The notes under the pieces are model-generated. The model was not told where the DNA came from. It saw nothing but the letters and a program-made list of their open reading frames with translations, and searched no databases. Of a stretch of 51,846 nt of DNA, positions 9,701-20,238 are shown in pieces. Each line of letters opens with the position of its first letter. The first letter of the stretch is position 1. A program made the position numbers and the translations under genes. Origin of the DNA: Eubacteriales bacterium (GTDB lineage: Bacteria; Bacillota; Clostridia; Saccharofermentanales; DTU023). Location of the stretch: NCBI GenBank assembly GCA_030537595.1, contig JAUNVR010000009.1, forward strand, positions 11,746 to 63,591, given 5' to 3'.

Positions 9701-9758
9701 GCTAGGCTAAATATAGATGATAGCGCGCAGGCGCAATTGTGAAGAAGAAAGGTATTTT

Positions 9759-10859
9759 ATGAATATCGTTGTAAGCAAAGAAGAACTGAATGCTGCTATT
9801 GCAATGGTGCAAAAAGCAATCTCGACTCGTTCAACCTTGGCAATCCTCGATGGCATCCTCTTAGAAGCCATTGACGATAAGCTGATTTTGACCGGTTATG
9901 ACTTAGAAACCGGAATTGAGTGTCGGGTTCCTGCCAGTATTAAAAGTGGAGGCAAGATTGTCCTGCGCTCCAAACTCTTCGGTGACATTGTTCGTAAGTT
10001 ACCTGAAGAGCGAGTTAGCATCGAGAAAAGCGAAGCCGGTCCGGTCGTAATTTGCTCTGGTCAGGCGCGTTATGAGATTGACTTCATGGAGGGCGAGTAC
10101 CCGAAAATTCCAGAAGTTGAAAAGACGAAGCAATTCGCAATTAGCCAAAATACCCTGCGTGAGATGATCAATGAGACGATTTTTGCCGCCTCCAATGACG
10201 AGTCCAGACCGATTCTCAATGGCATCAACCTGCTCTGCGAAGGCAGTAAGTTAGAGTTGGTTGCAATTGACGGTTTCCGCCTTGCTGTGAGAACCGAGGA
10301 GATGGAAGATAAGGATGAAAACCTGCAATTCATCGTCCCGGCAAAGGCGATGCAGGAAGTTGCGAGAATTATTGAGAAAAGTGATGAGCCAGTCAATCTT
10401 TATTCTTCACACAACTACATTCTCTTTGACAACGGCCATGTGCGCCTAGTTTCACGCCTGATTCAGGGTGAGTTCATGCAATATGAGGCGATCATTCCGA
10501 ATAGTTACATGTCGCAAATCACAATTTCTAGAGAGGAATTGTTGGCGGCTGTGGAACGCTGTGCCCTGATTATTAACATGGAGCAGCGGCGCTTCCCGAT
10601 TACCCTGAAAAGTGAGCTGCAAAGCAAGTTAGTAATCTCTGCAGCTACGGATATCGGTAGCGCCCACGAGGAATTAAACTGCCGGATCGAGGGTGAGGAA
10701 GTCGATATTGACTTCAATCCGCGCTACTTCCTCGAAGCTTTGAAAAACATCCCGGATTCAGAAATCCGTCTGGACTTTGGTGGCGGTGGCACTTCCTGTG
10801 TAATTCGTCCGCTCGAAGGGGAAAAATTCCTCTACCTCCTCCTCCCTGTTCGCAGGTAG
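9759..10859 (+). CDS. dnaN: DNA polymerase III beta sliding clamp
   Basis: SRPILNGI, VAIDGFRLA, FNPRYFLEAL, C-terminal LLLPVR; position after dnaA; start at ATG 9759 after AAAGG. Confidence 0.97.
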   Translation: MNIVVSKEELNAAIAMVQKAISTRSTLAILDGILLEAIDDKLILTGYDLETGIECRVPASIKSGGKIVLRSKLFGDIVRKLPEERVSIEKSEAGPVVICSGQARYEIDFMEGEYPKIPEVEKTKQFAISQNTLREMINETIFAASNDESRPILNGINLLCEGSKLELVAIDGFRLAVRTEEMEDKDENLQFIVPAKAMQEVARIIEKSDEPVNLYSSHNYILFDNGHVRLVSRLIQGEFMQYEAIIPNSYMSQITISREELLAAVERCALIINMEQRRFPITLKSELQSKLVISAATDIGSAHEELNCRIEGEEVDIDFNPRYFLEALKNIPDSEIRLDFGGGGTSCVIRPLEGEKFLYLLLPVRR

Positions 10860-10916
10860 TAGCTTAGAGCATGCTTCGAGCTAGGAAAAAAACTCATTTA
10901 GGTGGTCTGGCTTAGG

Positions 10917-12128
10917 ATGTTAGTCAAAGAACTGAGACTCCAAAACTTCCGCAATTATGAAGATCAGCTCTTGTCCGCCGTAGCCGGTGACAATCTCTTA
11001 GTTGGTCGCAATGCGCAGGGCAAGACCAATATTTTAGAGGCGATTTATCTACTGACCTGTGCCCGCTCTCATCGCACGGGCAAGGACCCTGAGTTAATCA
11101 GGCATGGCAGCGATTATTATCGCCTTGAATTGAATTTTTCTGGCGCAGCTGGCGAGGATCAAAATCTGGTCATTTTCTACCAGGACTTAGACCGCTCCAT
11201 AGATCGAGCCCTCTATCAAAACTTGTCAGCAGGGCGCAGAAAAAGGCGGGAGATCTATTACCAGGGTGCAAAACTGGAGAAGATTTCAGAACTTTTCGGA
11301 CTCTTCCAAGCCGTAATTTTCGCACCTGAGGATTTACAGCTAATTAAGGGCGCTCCTGGCGAAAGAAGACGTTTTTTAGACCTGATTTTAGCCAAGGTCA
11401 GTAAGACTTATTTCACCAATCTTCAGGATTTTCAAAGGATTCTGAGTGAGCGCAATCAAATTTTGAAAAAAATGCGCGAGAAGCCAGGAGATTTACAGCA
11501 AATCCAATTAGATCTTTGGACCGAGCGACTGGCTGTGGCCGGGGCAAAGGTAATGCACGAGCGTCTAATTCAGATTGAGGCATTAAAGGAATTTGCAGAA
11601 GAGGCCTTAAAGACCTTGTCAGATGAAAAAGAGAATTTAAGTCTCAGTTATGAGTCATTTGCAAATTTTACGGCTGAGGATTCGCTGGAGCAGCTCAGTG
11701 CGGCCTATGAGAATCGCTTAAAAAAGAGTGAATTCGATGATATTCAAAGGGGTTCAAGCTCCTATGGCCCGCAGCGCGATGATTTAAGGATTGAATTAAA
11801 TGGCTTAGTGGCCAAAACCTATGCTTCTCAGGGGCAGCAGCGTTCTTTGGCCTTGGCCTTGAGAATTGCAGAGCTACATTTAATCCATCAATTGACTGGT
11901 GAAAAACCGGTGCTACTTCTAGATGATGTGATGAGTGAGCTTGATCCAGGCAGAAGGACTCGTTTATTTCAGGCAATCAGCTCTGAGCAAGTCTTTTTAA
12001 CCTGTGCTGATGTCGATCAGGTCTTACCTGCCTTTGCTTCTGCCCAGGGTTCAATTTCCCAAAATGGAGCTGCGCTGACCCAGATGTTCAAGATTAGTGC
12101 AGGGACCATCGAAGAGACTGTGGTTTAG
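10917..12128 (+). CDS. recF: DNA replication/repair protein RecF
   Basis: NFRNY, GRNAQGKTNILEAI, ASQGQQRS and LLLDDVMSELD motifs. Confidence 0.97.
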   Translation: MLVKELRLQNFRNYEDQLLSAVAGDNLLVGRNAQGKTNILEAIYLLTCARSHRTGKDPELIRHGSDYYRLELNFSGAAGEDQNLVIFYQDLDRSIDRALYQNLSAGRRKRREIYYQGAKLEKISELFGLFQAVIFAPEDLQLIKGAPGERRRFLDLILAKVSKTYFTNLQDFQRILSERNQILKKMREKPGDLQQIQLDLWTERLAVAGAKVMHERLIQIEALKEFAEEALKTLSDEKENLSLSYESFANFTAEDSLEQLSAAYENRLKKSEFDDIQRGSSSYGPQRDDLRIELNGLVAKTYASQGQQRSLALALRIAELHLIHQLTGEKPVLLLDDVMSELDPGRRTRLFQAISSEQVFLTCADVDQVLPAFASAQGSISQNGAALTQMFKISAGTIEETVV

Positions 12129-12157
12129 CTAATTTAGGCGATTTTTCGGACGATTTT

Positions 12158-12166
12158 TGCTATAAT
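12158..12166 (+). promoter_or_regulatory. Extended -10 element upstream of remB-gyrB
   Basis: TGCTATAAT, 10 bp before the remB ATG. Confidence 0.55.
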
Positions 12167-12176
12167 GTAAAGGCTT

Positions 12177-12446
12177 ATGTATGTACACTTAGGTGGAGAT
12201 TTAAGTATATCCGACCGGTGGATAGTCGCGATTTTAGATTTAGACGAATTAAACCGGTCAGCTGTCGACGACCTGCGCTTCTGGCGAGAGGCCGAAGCTG
12301 CTGAGCGGGTTGAAATACTAAGTGATAGCATCCCGCTATCCTTAGTTCTAACCTTAGATAAAATTTATCTCTCTCCCCTGCCAGCAAAAACTCTGAGTCT
12401 CAGATTAAAGCGGGCTCAGGCGAGGATGAAATCTCGTAATACTTAG
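12177..12446 (+). CDS. remB: DUF370 family protein (RemB/YaaB-like)
   Basis: MYVHLGGD...IVAILD N-terminus and IYLSP..KTL motif; conserved recF-X-gyrB position. Confidence 0.8.
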   Translation: MYVHLGGDLSISDRWIVAILDLDELNRSAVDDLRFWREAEAAERVEILSDSIPLSLVLTLDKIYLSPLPAKTLSLRLKRAQARMKSRNT

Positions 12447-12539
12447 GCAGAGGCTAGAGCTTTTCCGCTCTTAAAGGCTAATTCAATAGAGTAAAAGCAA
12501 AATAAAGCAGCAGCTTTAGCCTTGCTGCATTAAAGATAA

Positions 12540-14672
<2,133 letters not shown>

Positions 14673-14680
14673 GAAAAGCT

Positions 14681-14718
14681 AGCTCAGTCAGAAGCTTATA
14701 TTCTGTCTGAGCTTTATT
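14681..14718 (+). terminator. Hairpin after gyrB
   Basis: AGCTCAGTCAGAA-N7-TTCTGTCTGAGCT, then TTATT. Confidence 0.6.
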
Positions 14719-14783
14719 AGTCTAAACTGGGCTTTCAGAAGGATTAAGAAAGCATCTTCAGTTAGTAGTGAAAGAGGCTTCAG

Positions 14784-15545
14784 ATGATTATTGCAGTATG
14801 TAATCAAAAAGGTGGTGTAGGTAAGACAACGACGGCTGTTAGCCTAGCTGTTGCTCTGGCGCAAAGAAAGCAGAAAGTGCTTTTAATTGACCTAGACCCA
14901 CAGGGCAATGCCAGTTCTGGCTTGGGCATTGATAAGAACGAGCTTGAACTTACTACCTATGACCTCTTAATTGGAGACAAAGAGCTAAGTGATTGCGTTA
15001 TTGATTCAGGACGTAAGAATCTAGATATTCTGCCGACTAATATTAATCTGGCTGGAGCTGAGTTAGAAATGGTATCTGCTGTTTCACGTGAAACAATTTT
15101 GAAACGAGCAGTAGCAAAAGACTCAGATAAATATGATTTCATTATTCTCGACTGTCCCCCTTCCCTTGGTTTACTTACTCTTAACGCCCTTACAGCAGCA
15201 GACTCAATGATAATTCCCGTCCAGGCTGAGTATTATGCTCTAGAGGGGCTAAGTCAGTTACTGGATACTGTTGCTAAGGTAAGGAAAATACTAAATCCAG
15301 ATCTAGAGCTATTAGGTGCAGTAATTACCATGTATGATCAGAGGACTAATCTATCTGCGGAAGTTGCTGCAGAGTTGAGGAAGTTCTTCCAAGGTAAATG
15401 CTTTAAGACTATTATTCCCAGAAATATTAAGATCTCCGAGGCTCCTTCTCACGGAGAAGCAATTATCGAATACGAGCCTAATTCTAAGGGTGGGATTGCC
15501 TACAGCAATTTAGCAAAGGAAATCCTAAAGATAGTTAGAAAGTAA
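14784..15545 (+). CDS. parA: Chromosome partitioning ATPase ParA/Soj
   Basis: NQKGGVGKTTT, DLDPQGNAS, DCPPSLG and EAPSHG motifs. Confidence 0.96.
   Translation: MIIAVCNQKGGVGKTTTAVSLAVALAQRKQKVLLIDLDPQGNASSGLGIDKNELELTTYDLLIGDKELSDCVIDSGRKNLDILPTNINLAGAELEMVSAVSRETILKRAVAKDSDKYDFIILDCPPSLGLLTLNALTAADSMIIPVQAEYYALEGLSQLLDTVAKVRKILNPDLELLGAVITMYDQRTNLSAEVAAELRKFFQGKCFKTIIPRNIKISEAPSHGEAIIEYEPNSKGGIAYSNLAKEILKIVRK
15080..15095. promoter_or_regulatory. parS centromere site inside parA
   Basis: Perfect palindrome TGTTTCACGTGAAACA. Confidence 0.95.
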
Positions 15546-15600
15546 GTGGATCTCAGAATCTCATCTATCTTTGTGACTATTACTAAACTATTTAAGTATT

Positions 15601-15626
15601 GGGGGGCCTATGAGGCCCCTTTATTT
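15601..15626 (+). terminator. Terminator-like hairpin after parA
   Basis: GGGGCCT-ATG-AGGCCCC, then TTTATTT. Confidence 0.65.
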
Positions 15627-15746
15627 ATGGTTATTTAATGGCTTGATGATTGAATAAGTAGATAAGGCCTCTCCCCTGATTCGTTGATAAGGTATTTTGC
15701 CGTTCCGGGTTTTCATATACTCAGCTTGTTATGCTAGACACGAGGA

Positions 15747-15850
15747 TGCCTTTTATCTTAGATGAGTCATTCATATGGCACGGCTCTTTATATCAGACAA
15801 CTGATTAATAGGGGGCACTGCCCTTTACATCAGACTAGTTGTTAATAGAT
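15747..15850. repeat. Degenerate 35-37 bp tandem repeat, about 3 copies
   Basis: 15777-15813 vs 15814-15850 match at 28/37 positions by manual alignment; a third, more diverged copy starts near 15747. Confidence 0.7.
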
Positions 15851-16070
15851 GGTCCGCTTTTTATAAATTTCCTGATGGAAATTCCGGCTTAGAACAATGC
15901 CTATGATATTGCTAAAGTAAATTGCCTTTAAAAAGATATTGCATCTTCTTGAATAAATCTGTTTAGTAAAAAGCATATTAGGCCGTCACTCGTTAAGCGC
16001 AAAGCAAAGAAATAGCGAATATTATGCCTATAGACGGCATCACATTAAACTCAAGACGTCAAATCAACAT

Positions 16071-16086
16071 TGTTTCACGTGAAACA
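16071..16086. promoter_or_regulatory. parS centromere site upstream of parB
   Basis: Perfect TGTTTCACGTGAAACA; the palindrome extends into the flanking bases. Confidence 0.95.
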
Positions 16087-16249
16087 ATAGAAATATAAAT
16101 AAACTCTTATGCAGGATCGGTTTATACTGGAAACATAATCCTTATATTACATTTCAATTTTGAATTCAGATATTTAATCTGCTTTAATCGATAGTGAATC
16201 AGTTTAAGCATCAGATTGCAAAGGCAATCTTTTAGATATGGAGGTTGTG

Positions 16250-17167
16250 ATGAAAAGTTCTGCTAAAAAAGAAGGTAAATCCGCCCTGGGTAAAGGAATT
16301 GGTGCACTCTTAGGTAATATCGATGTGCCAGATGAGTTTATTAAAGAAAGTCATGAGTCAGTAATTGAATTAGCTGTTGGCGATATCAATCCCAACCATG
16401 AACAGCCGAGAAAGTCATTTGATGATGAATCTCTAGCTGAGCTAGCACAGTCGATCAGAGAGAACGGGATAATTCAGCCCCTAATAGTTACAAAGATATC
16501 CGAGAACAATTACCAGCTGGTAGCTGGTGAGCGACGCTGGAGAGCAGCAAGGCTTGCAGAGCTAGCCAAGGTTCCGGTAATTGTTAGAGAACTAAGCGAT
16601 GAGAAGATCTTAGAGCACGCCTTAATTGAGAATATTCAACGTGAGGACTTAAATCCAATTGAAACTGCCGAAGCCCTGAAGCAGCTGATAGAGCGACATG
16701 ACTTAACTCAGACTGAGCTTGCGGAGCGCGTAGGAAAGTCTCGCTCAGCTCTAGCGAATACTATGCGCCTATTAAAGCTTCCGGAAGAGATTAGAGAAGA
16801 AATCATCATGGGCGAACTTAGTGAGGGTCATGGTCGAGCTATCCTAGCTCTGGAAGATCCAGAAGAAATGATCCTGGTTAAAGAGAAGATACTAGCAGAG
16901 TCACTATCAGTACGCGAGACTGAGGCTCTAGTGCAGGAGCTTTTAAACCCAGTTGTAGAAGAGGCTAAGCCGAAGGCAGAAGAGAGTGAAGATAAATCCT
17001 TAAGAAAGCTCACTATTAAGCGCATAGAGACGATTTTACGCGAGGAATATGGAACTCGGGTCAGCATTAGTGACAGGGGCGGTAAGGGTGTGATAAAATT
17101 ACACTATCAATCTAATGAAGATCTGGAAAGGCTCCTAAATCTAATGACCCCGGATGCTGAAGTCTAG
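16250..17167 (+). CDS. parB: ParB/Spo0J partition protein
   Basis: LGKGIGALL, QPRKSF, GERRWRA CTP motif, ENIQREDLNPIE and HTH; ATG after GGAGG. Confidence 0.96.
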   Translation: MKSSAKKEGKSALGKGIGALLGNIDVPDEFIKESHESVIELAVGDINPNHEQPRKSFDDESLAELAQSIRENGIIQPLIVTKISENNYQLVAGERRWRAARLAELAKVPVIVRELSDEKILEHALIENIQREDLNPIETAEALKQLIERHDLTQTELAERVGKSRSALANTMRLLKLPEEIREEIIMGELSEGHGRAILALEDPEEMILVKEKILAESLSVRETEALVQELLNPVVEEAKPKAEESEDKSLRKLTIKRIETILREEYGTRVSISDRGGKGVIKLHYQSNEDLERLLNLMTPDAEV

Positions 17168-17325
17168 ACTTTATTGCCTATGATTCAAAGGCTTTGCCCA
17201 ATGCGGTAGTCGCTATTTGTAATTCAAATTGAAATTACAAACTTATCCTGGTGAAGCTTAGTCCGGCAGATCTTTTAGGACAGATTCGATTAGATTGTTT
17301 ACACCTCTTTCAAGGTCTAAGCTTA

Positions 17326-17358
17326 GTACAGCTACGTCATGCGGCGACGTAGCTGTAC
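17326..17358. terminator. Perfect hairpin between convergent parB and cls
   Basis: GTACAGCTACGTC-N7-GACGTAGCTGTAC; no strong U-tract. Confidence 0.5.
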
Positions 17359-17425
17359 GCATTTCTGGGATAATTTTAGAGGGTCTAATAGAGCCAATGG
17401 GCCATTAAGTCTAGGCTTGTACAAT

Positions 17426-17544
17426 CCGATGACAGCTGCTCCAGAAGTAGGAAACGATTTAAGCACTAGATCAAGGGGCACATAAGCCGATGACAGCTTC
17501 AGCTCATAAGTACATAGCGATTTAAGGTCTAGATTAAAGGGGCG
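17426..17544. repeat. Imperfect ~61 bp direct duplication overlapping the cls stop codon
   Basis: CCGATGACAGCT at 17426 and 17487, each followed by AAGTA..CGATTTAAG..CTAGAT..AAGGGGC. Confidence 0.7.
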
Positions 17545-19337
17545 AAGATTCTTAAGACCTCTTGGAGGATTCTCAGATAGAAGGGGCGATTCAGCCACTC
17601 ACTGATACAAACTTCATGCGAGAGTGAAATAGACTTCAGCAAATCTTCTTCTATCTTTTTAATCACTGGGTGCTGATAGAGATAGCAACCGTTTTCATAG
17701 TTTAAATTAAAGGAGCGGAAATCAAAGTTTAGAGAGCCTGTAACTGCCATTTCTCCGTCTACGACAATGATTTTATCGTGGTTAAATCCGGGACTGTATT
17801 CAAAGACCCGGACACCGGATCTTAGTAACTGCTCATAGGAGGCCTTTGTGGTCTGGTTCACAGTCCATTTATCGGGAATCCCGGGGAGCATAATCCTCAC
17901 ATCAATACCAGAAGCTGCCGCACGGCAGAGTGCAGTACTGAATTTCTCATCGACCACGAAGTAAGGCGTACTGATGAGGATACTCTTTTTAGCTGTTGCG
18001 ATGAGTGCAAGGTACAGATCCTCGCCAATATTATGGGGATTATTTACGGGTCCATCCCAGAAGGGGATGAGCTGGCTATGAGGATTAAGCGCTCGCCTGT
18101 ACTCTGCGCTCAGTTTATAGTCCTGCCCATAGCTTTCCTTGAATAGCTCTTCACCACGAGCTGTTAAACCGCCCTCAGCTAGGACGAGATCATCCTCTAA
18201 GAGGAGATCCCAGGAAGTCATTTGCAGGGGATTTAAGGCGGAGGGGAGGTAGTCGCTATTCTCTTCAGGAGTCTTACCTCCGGCCAAGTTCCACATCATG
18301 AAAAACTGGTGTAGGGCACCCCAGGCCGCAGGGCCTTCAATCTTTAAGGCTGAGTCCTTCCAATAGCCGTAAGGCTGGTGTAGATTGGCGTATTCATCAG
18401 CGAGATTGGTACCTGAGAAATAGGCAATATCACCATCAATCAGGCAGAGTTTTTGGTGATTTCGATAGTTGATATACATTCTCGAGGTGTAGCGCAGAAT
18501 TGGGTTAAAGCGGATAATTTCCACGCCCGCATCGACTAAGGGCTGGAGCATGACCTGAGAAATTCTGGCAGCACAGGCTAGATCATCATAGAGGAGCTTG
18601 ACCTGGACTCCGGCCAAAGACTTTTCAATCGCAATTCTAGAAAACTCGTCCCAGATTGCACCCTCATCAATGATGTAATACTCTGCAAAGATGAATTTTT
18701 TGGCCTGGGCTAAGTCCTTAAACATCGCCTCAAACTGCTCTTCACCAGTTCCGAAATACTGACAATTATTACCCTGGTAGATTGGAAAGCCCCAGTTCGT
18801 CAACAGCCTAGACGGCAGGGGCAGCTCATAATAGGCCGGCGGAATATCCTGCTCTGAGTCGAATTCGTGCAATTTAATTGCGGGGGGAATTAGCTGTGAG
18901 CGAATTGGTACGAGGGGAGCGGCAAAGCTTGGCATCTTCGACAGCTTCGGCAATTGACCCAGACTTTTTGCGGCATCGGGACCAGCTTTTTGCTCCTCTA
19001 AATACTCCATAAAGAGGCGGCGACTCTTATTAAAGACACTTTGTCGGCCCCAGAGAAAATAGAGGATGACTCCGACCGGGGGAAAGAGTAGAAGGAGAAT
19101 AATCCAGGGCGTAGAATAGGCGGCCGAGCGTTGGTAGCGCACGACAAAGATGGCCATCAAAACGCCCAGGACCTGGAGGGCGAGGTGGAGGCTTAAAGCC
19201 TTTGCCCGCATGGTCATGGCAAAGTAAAAAACGAGTCCAATTTGGGCCAAAATAACCACCGCAGCTAAGAGCAGCCGCAGTTGACCCGGGATTTTGCGCA
19301 GGTAGAAATATCTTTTTTTAGCTTTCTCTTGCTTCAT
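17529..19337 (-). CDS. cls: Cardiolipin synthase (phospholipase D family)
   Basis: Two HKD motifs (NHQKLCLID, NHDKIIVVD), N-terminal TM helices, STPYFV and GSLNFDFRS. Confidence 0.9.
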   Translation of the reverse strand: MKQEKAKKRYFYLRKIPGQLRLLLAAVVILAQIGLVFYFAMTMRAKALSLHLALQVLGVLMAIFVVRYQRSAAYSTPWIILLLLFPPVGVILYFLWGRQSVFNKSRRLFMEYLEEQKAGPDAAKSLGQLPKLSKMPSFAAPLVPIRSQLIPPAIKLHEFDSEQDIPPAYYELPLPSRLLTNWGFPIYQGNNCQYFGTGEEQFEAMFKDLAQAKKFIFAEYYIIDEGAIWDEFSRIAIEKSLAGVQVKLLYDDLACAARISQVMLQPLVDAGVEIIRFNPILRYTSRMYINYRNHQKLCLIDGDIAYFSGTNLADEYANLHQPYGYWKDSALKIEGPAAWGALHQFFMMWNLAGGKTPEENSDYLPSALNPLQMTSWDLLLEDDLVLAEGGLTARGEELFKESYGQDYKLSAEYRRALNPHSQLIPFWDGPVNNPHNIGEDLYLALIATAKKSILISTPYFVVDEKFSTALCRAAASGIDVRIMLPGIPDKWTVNQTTKASYEQLLRSGVRVFEYSPGFNHDKIIVVDGEMAVTGSLNFDFRSFNLNYENGCYLYQHPVIKKIEEDLLKSISLSHEVCISEWLNRPFYLRILQEVLRIFAPLI

Positions 19338-19410
19338 AGCACTCACAATATACCTAAAAATGCCCTTCTAATAAATAGGCTAAGTGCCGCCTTGGGCTGG
19401 ATTTTAAGAA

Positions 19411-20238
19411 TCAGCGTTGACAGCGCGGACAAAAGACAGTGGTTCGCCCGGCAATTTGCTCGGCTAAGAGGGGACGCCCGCAGTTCGGGCAGGGCTCGCC
19501 TTTTTTGCCATAGACCTTGAGTTTTTCAATAAAGCTGCCTTTTTTACCTAGGCCGTCCACGTAATCTGAAAAGGATGTACCTTTTAAGCCAATACTTTCT
19601 AAAAGCAAGGGTTTAATCTCAGCAAAGAGTGCCTCAATCCTAGCCTTAGAGATTCTGCCGGAAGCTCTTTTCGGGTGGATTCCAGCGCGGAAGAGGGCCT
19701 CATCGCAGTAGATATTGCCGAGACCTGCGACAATGGTTTGGTCGAGCAGGAGGGCCTTAATCGGGCGCTTAGGGTAGCGCTTTGCCTGGGCGTAGAGGTA
19801 ATCTGAGCTAAAGTCTGCGGCGAGGGCATCCGGTCCGAGGGCACGAAAGCCCGGCAAGATGACCTCGGACTTATCGCGGTAGAGTCCGACCCGGCCAAAG
19901 CGCCTGACATCGTTATAGTCGAGGTAGGAGTTTTTACCGTCCGCGTCTTTTAAGGTGAAGCGTAGGTGAGTGTGGGCTTTTATTTCCTCAAGCTCCTCAT
20001 GGTAGAGCAGTTTCCCAGTCATCCGAAGGTGGATTAGTAGGAAGCAGCCGTTACTCAGGTGGATTTGTAAATACTTACCACTACGGCTGAGTCGCTCGAT
20101 CTTTGCAGCGCGCAAATTATAGTTAAAGGGGTTTTCAAAGACGTCGGGATGAAGAACTTCTAAGGCGCTAATTTCCTTCCCTTGAATCAAGGGGATGAGG
20201 CTCTGACGTATGCTTTCAACTTCCGGTAATTCAGGCAT
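19411..20238 (-). CDS. mutM: Formamidopyrimidine-DNA glycosylase
   Basis: MPELPEVE, HLRMTG, GLGNIYCDE and C-terminal zinc finger; start overlaps the nadE stop (TAATG). Confidence 0.97.
   Translation of the reverse strand: MPELPEVESIRQSLIPLIQGKEISALEVLHPDVFENPFNYNLRAAKIERLSRSGKYLQIHLSNGCFLLIHLRMTGKLLYHEELEEIKAHTHLRFTLKDADGKNSYLDYNDVRRFGRVGLYRDKSEVILPGFRALGPDALAADFSSDYLYAQAKRYPKRPIKALLLDQTIVAGLGNIYCDEALFRAGIHPKRASGRISKARIEALFAEIKPLLLESIGLKGTSFSDYVDGLGKKGSFIEKLKVYGKKGEPCPNCGRPLLAEQIAGRTTVFCPRCQR

Noticed and set aside
15747-15865. Possible CRISPR array (37-bp period)
   Set aside because: Units are head-to-tail with no spacers and divergent; no cas genes nearby
17332-17598. 88-aa minus-strand ORF overlapping the cls 3' end
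   Set aside because: Runs through the repeat and hairpin region with no recognisable features
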